Of a stretch of 64,000 bases of DNA, positions 37,557 to 50,149 are shown in pieces (positions within the stretch are counted from its first letter, which is position 1; the number at the start of each line of letters is the position of its first letter). Location: positions 1 through 64,000 of the forward strand of contig MCFE01000137.1 in the NCBI GenBank assembly GCA_002104905.1, in the 5' to 3' direction. The notes beneath the pieces are model-generated. The model was not told the DNA's origin, made no database searches, and was given only the letters and a program-made list of their open reading frames with translations. Source of the DNA: Basidiobolus meristosporus CBS 931.73 (Eukaryota > Fungi > Basidiobolomycota). The position numbers and the translations under genes were made by a program.

Positions 37557-40500
37557 CTGGCAACATATGATCCAGAGACTGTTCTGATTCCAGCATGTGT
37601 TAACAGTTGCATGGCATTCACATCCAAAAGTGCTACCATTACAATGTGTCCAAATTGTCAGGAATCCAACACCACTGAGGGAAAACATTGTTCACACTCC
37701 AAATATATTCCAGTAATACCCTGTCTGAGGAAGCTAATACAGTCCAATAAATATTGCAAAGCTATACAGTACACCACTCAGTATCAATAAAGCTCAAGCA
37801 TATCCAATATATTTAATGGCAAACATTACAAACAGCTAAGAGGCAAGGGCTACTCTGAAGGTATGTATGACCATGCCTTTGCCTTGGCACTTGATGGATT
37901 CTCATTACACAAGTACACTACTATCAAATCCTGCTGACCACTAATACTCATTATTCTGAATCTGCCACCTATCTTATGGTATCAGTGCAATAATCTGACG
38001 GTAGTCTCACTGATATCTGGGCCTAAATCACCATCCAACCTGGATAGCTATCTGTATCCATTGCTGGATGAATTTTGTATGCCTTCCAGCAGGATAACAG
38101 TCAATGGTCATCATGTAAAAGTGCATATTATTATCTGCATTAGAGATACACCATCCATCAGCAAGATTGCAGGTTTTTCCAGGCACAATGGATGGTATTG
38201 CTGTTGAATGTGTGAGATCCAGGGGATCTACTCCACAACTAACATACATCATTACCTAAACACCGGCACTAAGAACATCATCTTCCCACAGAGAGAATAT
38301 ACAGAAGTCAGCATGCAATTGCAGCAAAGTTGGCAAGCTATAAGCCATTGACCACAATATGGAATCAGTCAGAAACCGGAGATACTTAAGACAGAGGGTA
38401 TCTGCTGGAGCAAAGGCTTTCCACTGGGGACAATGCATTTGCTTTTCATCAATATCCCTATACTGATGACCAAGTTATACATGGAGCATTTCAAGCTAAA
38501 TGGGCCCTTGGAGATACCAGAGAAATCTGAAAGAATTGGCAAGATATTACAGAGTATCTGCTACCTTAAGTACTTCTCACAGGCTCCAATCAATATTTAT
38601 ACACATATGCAATAATACAAGTGCAAAGACTGGATGAACAGGATATGTGTTTATTCAAGTGGTGTTCTGAAGCCATTCCTATCAAGAGTACATTCAAAGC
38701 ATTGGGAGTTATATGTGCACATTGTAGTACTATTTATTTGGAAGCGGATCACCAATGCCAGCTTGATGCATCTACAGCGGTTGTGCAAAGAGTTTGTGAC
38801 AGGATTTGAGTGGCTATACTACAAACATGAAGCGGAACATGTAGATATCTGCTGCTACTGTATCCATTCTCTACTCCAACTTGCATGGTGTGTGCAGAAT
38901 ATTAGGTCTTGCTTCACCTTTTGGGAGTTTCCTATGGAGCACATGAGTGGGGAGATAGGAAGACAAGTCAAGCTGCAGGTACTACCATATCCCAATCTCA
39001 TCAACAATATAACCTTCAAGTCCATCATGGATGTGATGAGTTGGCACATGGATGACAGCCAGGAAGAGTTGGAAAATGCTGAGGACAAATTTTCACATGG
39101 AGACACCTGTGCCTATGGCATTAAGAAGCTAAGCAGCCCTAATATGTGGGTAATCAGTTAAGTAATGCAAATTTGTGCTGGGTGCAACAAGCAACTAATT
39201 TTTATTAGGAAAGCTCTACCAAGGTATGCTGGATTTCTCTTGATCACAAGCCAATGTCTACACCATTCAATACAAAATCCACACAAACAAGAGCCAGAGC
39301 CTATCTATAAGAGGGACTAGACTGCAGCAGGGAGTGTCATGATCACATGACAACCATGAACATCCATGCCAAGTTTTGGCTTCCTAGCTCAATTTCTAAG
39401 AGATTCCTTCTGGAACCTTCTACCACCTTCCAGAAAGTTCCTGACCATTCCAAACCATTGTTACACAATGGAACATTCCATGGAAGCTTCCCATTGTATT
39501 TTTCATAGTCCTGTACCATATATGGAAATACCAGGTCACATGACTTACTCACATGATCAGGTGACCCAATCCATTTCCCCATCCTGTCTCAGTGCCTTGC
39601 CTTCTATATTATTATCCCTAACACATTGCTGTGCCTCACCCCACAACCCCATTAGTATTAGCCAATATCTCTTGGCATCAGTATAACCAAAAAGTATATA
39701 TAGTCCTATCCCCCCTTAAGTATTCCTCAGTCTGATAAACACAGGTCTTGAATAAACAGCCTTGCCTTGAATCCTGCCTTGCCTTGATGGTCCACACCTA
39801 AGTCCTTTCCTGCCATGCCTAGCTTTTCCTCCTGCCTTGTGTCTATTCATAACAGGGAGAAGGAATATATTGGTTAAATACCAAGAAATTCTTTGCAGAT
39901 ATTGAGGAGGTATTCATAGCAGAAGTGGCAACAACCAAGCATATGTTTGCAAGATGAATATGTTACCAGCAGTACAAGATGTATGGTAACTTTGCAAGTA
40001 GCACGCTGAAAAGCCATAAAGTTGAGGTGATAGAAGTATGTCAATTGCAGCAGGTGTGCGCATTTGTAGAAGTTAGTAAGCAGGAGGCCATAGCTTTTTT
40101 TGATTCAAACTATATGTGGAATACCCAAGGTAGTAGTAGGTAAGCAAATAAAGAGAGGTGATTATACTGTGGAATATATGAGATGCACAAGGGGAGGTAG
40201 AAAAAGGAATAACATTTGGTAAATTGGTACAGTAGCATTATACAGAACCAGCTGTAGGCCGCCATACAGCCAATATAATGCCATCAAAGTCTTGCTGTGA
40301 GGCTGTTGAAATATCATTCAGTTTTGTGTCATATAAGGCAATTAGTTGTCCTGGCTGGTACAATCCATTTAAAATTGTTGTAGAGCACAATAAGACTGCA
40401 ACAATACCATGCAATTATTATCACAGCACCAATCAAATCTTGTCAAGTTTTATCACTTTATTTGGTAGTAAAATTAGACAATGCCATTGTGATCCAGTCA

Positions 40501-40620
40501 TAATATTGTTAAAAGGGTCACTAATTCCAAGCTGCTAGTATTACAACAGTCTCTTAACAGGATCCCAATGGCTGATCCAGATTGGATCCATCTGTGGGAC
40601 CAAATTTTTGTCATAGGGTG
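37557..40620 (+). mobile_element. CACTA/EnSpm-like (Transposase_21-type) relic with 3' terminus ...CATAGGG, interrupted by a solo LTR
   Basis: CVNSCMAFT..CPNC motif at about 37590; FEWLYYK..IHSLLQLA..WEFPME..PYPNL (38634-39161). Continues across 39335-39854 to a CCCTATG end shared with 40826 and about 44180. Confidence 0.8.
39335..39854 (+). repeat. Solo LTR (third family) with 5-bp TSD GGGAG; orientation tentative
   Basis: TGTCATGA...TCATAACA termini; GGGAG at 39330-39334 and 39855-39859; TATA- and AATAAA-like motifs; the host rejoins when it is removed. Confidence 0.85.
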
Positions 40621-41489
40621 ATGTCTTTTTGATAATTCTCCTTGGCTGCTACAGGAAGCTGTATGTTCTGGGCTGAAGGCATAAATTGGTGCATGTTACA
40701 GCTTTTTTCTCATGCTTCCCTATCTCTGGCTTGGGTAAACCTCTTTCCATTTACTTTTACCTTTTTCACTGCCAGTTCTCTTACTGCTACTTTTACTGGG
40801 TGCTTCTTAAGTGAGACTATTTTACCCTATGCAAAATAATATGGTCCCGCAGGTGGTTCCAGTCCAGGTCAGGTATCAAGATCCCATCAAGAGACAATCA
40901 TAATGCCAGCAGCTTGGAATTAATGACCTGCTACACAATCTTATGATGGAATCACAACAGTATTTTGCTAAATTTGCTGCTGAATGAAGTTAAATACTTG
41001 ACAGGGTTATGATGGTATTTTGACAAGAGTTACATGGCATTGTAACACTAATGGCATTCTAACAGTAGTAAGGGGGCCCACAGCTAGTTCTGCATAATGC
41101 TACTATACCAATTTACCAGGTGGGTGTTCCTTTTTCTACCTCCCCCTGTGCCAATCTTGTTTTCACTATTTAATCACCCCTCTGTAATTGCTTACCTACT
41201 ACTACATTGGGTATTACGCACACAGTTTTAATCCAAAACACTATGGCCTCTTGCTTATTAACCTCTACATATGTGCACACCTGCTGCAATTGACACACTT
41301 TTTTCACCTCTAATTTATGGCATTTTAGTGTGATACTTGCAAAGTTGCCATATACCTTGCATTGCTAGTGATGTTTACATCTTGCAAACATATGCTTGGT
41401 TGCAGCCACTTTTGCCATGAATACCTCCTGAATATCCACAAAGAACATTTTGGTATTCAGCCAATATATTCATTCTTTAAGTTAAATTC

Positions 41490-42723
41490 TAGTCCCCCTT
41501 ATAGGAGTGCTCTGGCTCTTGTTGGTGCAACTTCTGTATTAAATGCTATAGAAATCAGCCATTGACTAGGGGAAACCTGGCATATTCTGGCAAAGTTATC
41601 TTAATGAAAATTAGTTACTTATTGCACACAACCCAACATTGCATTACCTAATTGATTACCAACACATTGGTGCTGCTTAGCCTGGAGTGCAACATGCTGA
41701 CGCATTCTTTTACTTGCCAAGGGCAATGGTGCTTGAGGCACTTCATGTGTGTCATCATCAGTCAGTTCACCAGAAGTAACTTGCTGATGGTCAGGTAAAA
41801 TTACATGCACAGGTGCAACTTAATACATTTGCATGGCCCTTGGCTGACTTGATGTGATGCTGCTTGTGGACGCAACTTGGTCCGCTCCAATGGACTTGTG
41901 TCCAAATGAGCAGTTTGGCAAGTTCTGGTAGTTTTGCTCTGAAGCACACACATTGACCCAATGCACGTTGACTCAATGCAAGGCATTCTGGTGAAGGGTG
42001 TTGGCATTGTCTGGACTGAAATGCACCAGCACACTGTGGTTGAAAGTGATGGTAAGGAATCCAGCAAGGTGTGCTGGTGCAATCTGGATGCTGTTGCTTG
42101 CAGTCTGTATTCTTCCTCTGAAGCTCACCATCTAATTCTTCAAGGTATTCACTTACCCTCTGTCTGATACTTTGGAACTGTTGCCTGGATGAGTCCTGTG
42201 TATATTGCTCTTGTAAGCCACTTAGCTCTACTAATATATCACATAGTACATCAGTCATTTGAGGCAAAAACTCATTCAAAATCTCTTTGGTTCCAAAAGT
42301 TGAGGCACAAATGGATACATCTGGCCTGTACTGTGCAAATTGCATGCAAAATTGTTCCTGCATGGCTTCTTCATCAAATCCCCTCACTTTCAGCCCATTC
42401 TTGATTTCAATACATATCTTGTTATATATCTTCTTACATACATTGACTGGCATCTTGATGTAGAACTCATGCCACAGCTTTCTACTTAAATTCTTCCATT
42501 TTTGTTGACTCTCTGGGGTACCTAGTTCTGCTAGATTAATGAGTAGTGCCCAAATATCTGTATGAAGGCTCATCATAGATACTTGGGTCATACTAAAATC
42601 ATTTGGCAAGAACTTGAATGGATACAACATTGACTTTTGTGGTCTTGACTGTGCTTGTGAGCTGGGAGATGGGCTTTGTCTGGGTTGTACTAAAGATGAG
42701 TTAAGACTTGGTATGGGGACCAT
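41490..42723 (-). pseudogene. PHIS companion ORF, copy 1 (unknown function, frameshifted)
   Basis: 310-aa ORF-track frame 41791-42723; paralogue at 50150-51591; divergent from the transposase. Confidence 0.7.
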
Positions 42724-43084
42724 AGCAACAGATTTGGATACTTATACAGTAGTATATTGGCATCAGCCTGGTCTTATATGAAGTATATATGATAACTAAT
42801 GTGATAGTTGAATTTTCTATGTACTATGCATGATGCATCTTGTATTGCATTAACACAGATCAGATCACATCAATTGCAGGTTTCCTATTTGATTATAGAC
42901 TTGTGAGTAAAGCATCAATGAAAATACTAAGTCATTGTTTGAGGATGATTTTTGCAACACAATGATGGGATACATGGCAATTGATGGAGATTTAATAATA
43001 ATGCATGGAAAATCAGATAAATAATGCAGATTGCACCAAATCAATTTTAATCACATGGAAATGATCACCCACCAATTTTGAAGT

Positions 43085-43966
43085 GACTTACCCACCTGAA
43101 TGGTCTTTTCTCATCAATCCCATCACTACCACTTGATTTTCTTTTGACACATTAGGGGAGATCTATTCCAAGTACTGTGGACCATCTACCACAATCTACT
43201 TGAGGAGATCCCTTGTTAAGCTTCTCTCCTATTACAAGAACTATTGCCCTACAAGGTATCATCCCACCATCCATAGCAACAAAAGTCTTAGAAGCTTTCA
43301 TTCCCAGCTGACAGCAATGGAGAACCACCTTGCAGAGTGTATGAATGACTTATAGCAAGCTTGGAACACTAGGCTCAGAAGCTCCAATAGACTTCCTTGT
43401 CCTAGAGTGTTCAGCAATAGGTTCCATATAAGGAGTATTTTTGATACCTTCCCAGTGAGGATTAACAGACCTTCTAGAGAGCAGAGGCACTTTTATTCTG
43501 GTAAGTACAAGGCACACTGTGTGAAGTTTCATGCACTGTCTGAGATTGAGGGTAACATCATCTGGTTTAGTGGGCCATTTGCTGGAAGTAGGCATGACAA
43601 AGCACTCTGGGTAAAGAATCATCCTGAATTCAGTAGAGGGGAGAAATGTATGGCTGACTTAGCTTATATAGGAGAGGATTGTCAGAGATTTGGATATATT
43701 ACAGCTTATAGGAAGCCAAGGAATGTTGTGCTTAGCAGGAAGCAGAACTCCGCAATGAGATATTTAGTCATTTCAGAGCAAGAGTAGAGCACATATTTGG
43801 ATATCTGCAGAGATTCAGCATATTAGCAAGTAAATATTGGGGAAATTCATATATAGGAGAAAACAGCAGAATAGGCAAAATAGTTAAAATACTTATTAAT
43901 GCTCACTATATTCATACAAGAAGACATCCACTGAGAGAAATGTGTTAGGAGCATTATGAGGAGTAA
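43085..43966 (+). pseudogene. PIF/Harbinger-IS5-like DDE transposase, copy 1
   Basis: DTFPVRINRP..FYSGKYKAH..GPFAGSRHD..MADLAYIG..RVEH; stops and frameshifts. Confidence 0.9.
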
Positions 43967-44179
43967 ATAAAGCAAGTAAAGCACTATTCTGTGTAATATA
44001 AGTAAGATTGAGTAAAATTACCAGTAACTATATCATACCACTGGCATTATGGTAGAAAATATAGTGCCAGATGGTGCTGTAGAGTGCCAAATCAATCTGG
44101 CACTATTAACAGGCTGGCACTATGTGGCACTATCCAGCAAAACAAGTCTGATGTAAGATTTAGTGATGACCAGCCTTAG

Positions 44180-45385
44180 TAACCATACAAAAAATAATTT
44201 GGTCCTCTGGGTGGATCCCACCTGGGTCAGCCAATAGGATCTTGTTTAGAGACTGTCATAATACCAGCAGCTTGGAACTAGTAACCCTCTTAACAATTTT
44301 ACAATGGGGTCACAATGACATTTTGCTAATGTTACTGCCCAATAAAGTTGTAAAACTTGACAAGAATTGATTGGTGCAGTGGCAATATTTGTATGGAATT
44401 GTTGTGGTCTTATTTCACTCTGCAACTATTCTAAATGGAACCATCCCACCAAGACACCCAATTGCCTTATATGGCAAAAAACTTGATGGTATCTTAATGG
44501 CCTCAGAGCAAGACTCGAATGGCATACTTATTGCAGTATGGCAGCCTACAGCCAGTTCTGTATTATGCTACCATACCAGTTAACCAATGATATTTCCTTT
44601 TTCTACCTCCCCTTGTGCAATTCACATATTCCACTGTAGAATCACCTCTCTTTATTTGCTTACCCACTACTACCTTGGGTATTTCACGTATAGTTTGAAT
44701 CAAAAAAACTACGGCCTCCCGCTTACTAACCTCTACAAACATGCACACCTGCTGCAATTGACATACTTCTATCACCTCAACTTTTCAGTTTTTTAGTGTA
44801 CACTTGCAAAGTTGCCATATACCTTGTACTGCTGGTAACATATATATCTTGTAAACATATGCATGGTTGTTGCCACTTCTGCCATGAATATCTCCAGAAT
44901 ACCCACAAAGAACTTTGTGGTATTTAGCTGTCATATTCCTTCTCCCTGCTGGATTCTAGCCCCCATTATAGGAGCACTCTGGCTCTTGTTTGTGTGAATT
45001 CCATATTGAATGCTGTAGAAGTTGGCTTGTGACCAAGAGGAATCCAGCATACTTTAGTAGAGTTTTCCTAATAAAAATTAGTTGCCTGTTGCACCCAACC
45101 CAACTTTGCATTACTTAACTGATTACCCACACATTAGGACTGCTTAGCTTCTTAGTGTCATAGACATAGGTGTCTCCATGTGCATATCTATCCTCAGTAT
45201 TTTCCATTCTTCCTGGCTGTCTTCCATGTGCCAACTCATCACATCCATGACAGACTTGAGGGTAATATTCTTGATAAGATTAAGACATGGTAGTACCTGC
45301 AACCTGACTTGCCATCCTGGCTCCCCACACATCTGCTGGAGTGGTGTATAGGTCCAAGGGAGAGATATGCTCATCACTTCTCAAG
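44180..45385 (-). mobile_element. CACTA-like 3' fragment, inverted
   Basis: Reverse-complement match to about 38930-40620 minus the LTR, including QVRLQVLPCLNLIKNI. Confidence 0.75.
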
Positions 45386-45852
45386 TGTTTTGTGTGTTGG
45401 GTATTCACTGGGTGCAATAACCTCTGGCAAAATCTTGTTAGGAATACTTGGGTCCTGTCTCTAATCTAATAGGTTGGGGAATGAAGCCACAAGCTTGACA
45501 AGGGAAAACTATTGAGCTACAATCCCCAACTTAGTTGGTGTCTTAACAAAAGTATGTGCTGGGTTCATGGTCCTTTGAAATGACAATGTACTAAAACTTC
45601 CTAAGTCCAAACCACTGCAAACTTCACCAGCAGGGACTTGATAAGAATGCAGCTGTGGTCAATTGTTACAAAGACAGAAAAGTATCTTTGCCTGTACAAG
45701 AACGAGCTTGGGAAAGAATCAAATATAATAAAAGATACCTATGCTGAGTATTCCTCACAAGTAGTGCCTCCAAGGTTAGTTGGCTGTCAGCACAGGATCC
45801 TGGGAGTGTCCTGTGGTCTGGGATTGGAAGTTCAGGTTTTAGCAGGTAGCAG

Positions 45853-46102
45853 TGATCACACTAGTTAACAAGTTGGTATACTGATGAAAGGATGATGATT
45901 TATTGATGAAAGATTGCCTCCCTTATATACTTTTCCCACTGGCTAAGTGATTACTGATCATGGCGTTCCAGAAGGTTCCAGAGTTTAATAGAAATCTTAA
46001 TGACACCAGAACAAGCTAAGAGTATTCTAAGTAGGTGCCAAAGGTTCTAAGAAGCAAAGCACATCCAACCAATCAGATGACTCAGGTTGACCATATGTCA
46101 CA
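45853..46102 (-). repeat. LTR-like segment with adjacent internal relic (about 45390-45850)
   Basis: TGTGACA...TGTGATCA termini, TATA- and AATAAA-like motifs on the minus strand. Confidence 0.4.
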
Positions 46103-46615
46103 GGTACTGGTGTGGTTACTTGCCTAATATAGAAGCACATACAGCTAATAATCTTACATAAAGTGAGGGACAACTTATGCAATAAGGTAAGCAGCTGTGA
46201 TAGTCAGCCAGCTTATGCATAGTACTGATCAAGTAAGACAAGTGGGATAAAACTAAAATAAGTATAGTAGAGAAATAGGGAAGTAGAAAATATGGGAATG
46301 AGTACATCTGTCAGTGGGTGTCACTGTGACCCCATTATACTGCACCATAGAAAACTCCCAAAGGATGAAGCAAGGCCCAATATTTGCCACACACTGTGCA
46401 AGATGGAGTAGAGAATGGATACAGTAGCAGCAGAGATCTTTGCATTCAGCTTTATGTTTGTAGCATAGAAGCTCAAATCCTGTCACAAACTCTTTGCCCA
46501 ACAGCTGTAGATGTGTCAAGTTGTCATTGGTAATCTGCTCCTGTATAAATATTCCTACAATGTGGACATATAACTCCCAATGCTTCCATTGTACTCTTGG
46601 TAGAAATGGCTTCAG

Positions 46616-46929
46616 TGTTGCAATTTAAGATGTTATCTGGATATAAGAAAATTATCAAGATATAAAAATAATGGTTGAACTGCTGTTTATTCATAAAGAG
46701 GATCAGTATTTATACCTTTGTAGAAGTAATACAGTTGTAACACTAAGTAAGGAGGGTTTCTTAATATTCAGGAGCATACTGTAACAGTTTCAGGGTTAGT
46801 ACATAATGTTTGGTAATGGTGCTAATTTAATCCTGACTATATGGGAATAACCAGCAACCAAGACTAGTCTAGAACTGTTAGGTAAGTTTTTAGCTGCTGA
46901 ATGATACCAAATAGTTCAATATTTTAACA
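46616..46929 (-). repeat. Solo LTR, copia family B, TSD TTCAG
   Basis: Matches the LTR at 57375-57743; TTCAG at 46611-46615 and 46930-46934. Confidence 0.9.
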
Positions 46930-47175
46930 TTCAGAACACCACCTGAATAAACACATATCCAGTTCATACAGTCTTTGCATTTGTATTGTTGCATAAGCGT
47001 ATAAATATTGACTAGAGCCCATGAGAAGTACTTAGGTTAGCAGATACTTTGTAAAATCTTGCTAATTCTTTCAAATATCTCCGGTGTCTCAGAGGACTCA
47101 TTTAGCTTGAAATGCCCTATGCAAAACTTGGACATTGTTATAGAGATATTATTGAAAAGCAAATGCCTTGCTCCC

Positions 47176-47874
47176 CAATGTATTCAGGAGAAAAGTTTAA
47201 TAAAACTCTTGAATGAGTTAACTGAACCCAAGTGACAACTAAGGGCAGAATCTTAGAATTGTCAAAGGTAACTGAAATATTAGCAGAGAAGTTCTGGTCT
47301 AATATTGGTTTTGTTTATAATTGAGCTGTGCTATAAAGGCAAAAGAGTTGGTTTGCTATACAGGCTAGGCTTGGTGTTCTTGGGAATGCTAGTTATGCTA
47401 GGCTTGGGTGGAAACTGGAACAAAATTGTTAAATTCTTAATTTTGCTGAGGCGCAATCTTAATTTTGTTGAGACACCTACTAAACCAAAAGGTTCAGTAA
47501 GCTTTATTTATATTTTTCTGATCAAGTTGAATTAGTAAGTACCAAGAGACTGGACTAATAGAAACCTGCTGGGGTGCTCATAGGTGCATAAGATAAATGA
47601 GAAATTGCATCATAAATCAGCTGATCTCTTGGCAACTGCTAAGTGGTTAGATATATCTCAGGTGACTAATTACTTGGAAAGGCTAAACAGATCATCTAAG
47701 GACACAATGACCAGATGAAAATTAATCAGGTGTGACAGCTAAAAATAGACTCTGAGGAGTGATAAAATAATCTATAACTGAGATTAGTTTTGTTTGGGTT
47801 AGGGAAGATCAGTTGGGGTACTAGACTTACTAATGGAGTAAAGTAGGCTGAGTTTTAAATGCTGATGCACAACA
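47176..47874 (-). repeat. LTR-like insertion with TSD CTCCC
   Basis: Starts TGTTG on the minus strand; CTCCC at 47171-47175 and 47875-47879; the other end is degenerate. Confidence 0.5.
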
Positions 47875-48036
47875 CTCCCAATGGAAAGGTTTTGCTCCAA
47901 CAGATACCCTCTATCCTAAGTATCTCTGGCTTATGATTGATTCAAAACTCCAGCCAATGGCTTGTAGCTTGCCAACTTTGCTGCAATTGCATGCTGACTT
48001 CTGTAAGTTTGCTCTGTGGGAAGATGATGCTCTTAG

Positions 48037-48405
48037 TGTTGAAATATTGGATTATTTGGTATCATTCAGCAGCTAAAAACTTACTTAACAATTCTAGACT
48101 AGTCTTAGTCACTGTAGGACTCATTTACTGCCTTACCTTTGCCACTTTCTCCAGATATATGATCTTATGATTATTCCCCTATAGTCAGGATCAAATTAGC
48201 ACTATTACAAAACATTATGTACTAACCCTGAAACTGTTACACAATGCTCCTGAATATTGAGAGGCCCTCCCTACTTAGTGTTGCAGCTGTATTACTTCTG
48301 CAAAGGTATAAATACTGAGCTTCTTTATGAATAAACAACAGTTCAACTATTATCACTATTTCTTGATAAGTTCCTTATATCCAAATCACTTCATAAATTG
48401 CAACA
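48037..48405 (+). repeat. Solo LTR, copia family B, TSD CTTAG
   Basis: TGTTGAAAT...TGCAACA; CTTAG at 48032-48036 and 48406-48410. Confidence 0.92.
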
Positions 48406-50149
48406 CTTAGTGCCAGTATTTGGATAATCACAATGTGTGAGAGTTATGGAGTAAGTCCCCAGGAGCCCACACATTCAGCAGCAATACTATCCATTGTGGC
48501 CAGAAAACCTGTTATATTGCTGATGGCTGTGGTATCTCCAATGCAGATAATAATATGTGCTTTTACATGATAACCAATTACTGTTATTTTGCTGGAAAGA
48601 ATACAAAAATCATCCAGCAATGGATACAGGTAGCTATCCAGGTTGGACATTGATTTAGGCCCATAAACCAGCAAAATAACCATCAGCTTATTGCTCTGAT
48701 ACCATAAGATGGGTGGCAAATTCAGGTGGATGAGATTCAGTGGCTAGCAGGATTTGCTGGTAGGGTACTTGTTTAATCAGAATCCATAAAGTGCTGAGGC
48801 AAAGGCATGGTTATACATACCTTCAAAGTAGCCCTTGCTTCCTAGCTGTTTGTAATGTTTGCCATCAAATATATTGATATGTTTGAGCTTAATTGATACT
48901 GAGTGTGGTACTGTAAAGGAGACTAGTCTTAGTCACTGCAGGACTCATTTAATTCCTTAACTTTGCCACTTACTCCAGATCCATGATCTTGAAATTATTC
49001 CCCTATAGTCAGGATCAAATTAGCACAAATACCAACTATTATGTACTAACCCTGAGACTGTTACAGAATGCTCCTGAATATTGAGAAACCCTCCTTACTT
49101 AGTGTTACAGCTGTATTACTTCTACAAAGGTATAAATACTGAGCTTCTTTACTAATAAACAACAGTTCAATTTTTATCACTATTTCTTGATAAGTTCCTT
49201 AAATCCAAATCACTTCTTACATTGCAACAGGTTATGAGCCCCAATTGCCTTAGTCTATTCTAAAGAGGACTTCTACCAGCAAACAGAACAGCACAAACAT
49301 CTTCCCTGTAAAGGAGAGGTTTGATGGAAAGAACTACAGACTTTGGAGAATCAAGATGCAGATCCACCTTGAGAAAGAAAGCTTTGGAATATAGTAGACT
49401 TGTTCCATTGTACCATGCCAGGGCGTGCAGCGCAATCTGCGGTTGTAAAGAATGATTGGTTGTGATATTAGAGCTACCAGAAGGCAGGATTGTTCTTGGA
49501 CAATTTTGCACTATGTGGGACAATATCGCACACTATGGCACAATCTGACACAATGAGGCTGGCACAGATGATTGCGCCAACTTATAATGTTTGCATCATG
49601 TGCGCAATTGGATACCGCTATTATGGCAGGTAAAATCTGGTATTTGGATATGTTTCCTTAATGTAAACAGAAATAAATGTGTATCACACTATAAACTACA
49701 CTGATACTTACCATTTTGGTTACCATTGTTCCAATTGGATGGTCACTCAGTGATTAATTGGTCCAAAAGTATCCCGAGGCTGGCAGCCCCCAATTGGCTC
49801 ATTGGCTACTAAACAAGCTATCTGATTTGCCATCAAATATCCCATTTTGCCCATTGAGCAAGTAAATCCTTGATCCTAGTGATTGGACGAGGTGTCATAG
49901 CTAGCATGCAAGCAATTGGGTAGGTGCAAAACAGATCCAATAGCTGCACTAGCACCACAGATGATGTATATATGCAGGGTGTTTATTTATAGGGGTTCTG
50001 TCTCAAATATGAGACAACCTTGATATTACTTATATCAAAAAATTGATGATCACTGATTTGCAATGACTCAATTTGGATTGCAAAAAAAATGGGTTGTTGT
50101 GGTCATTACAAATTATAGCAATTCAAAGCAATTGCATCATCTTCTCCTG

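Larger units (their letters stand above)
40826..44149. mobile_element. Chimeric DNA transposon: CACTA-type left end + PHIS companion ORF (-) + DDE_Tnp_4 transposase (+) + AGAC-type right TIR
   Basis: 40826-41485 matches the CACTA 3' end; 41485-44149 is highly similar to 50350-53015; ends GGCACTATCCAGCAAAACAAGTCT. Confidence 0.8.
46105..48915 (-). mobile_element. CACTA-like transposase relic, inverted, carrying three LTR-type insertions
   Basis: Reverse-complement collinear with about 37760-38940 (e.g. LGKEFVTGFELLCYKH, IHSLLHLA). Confidence 0.8.
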
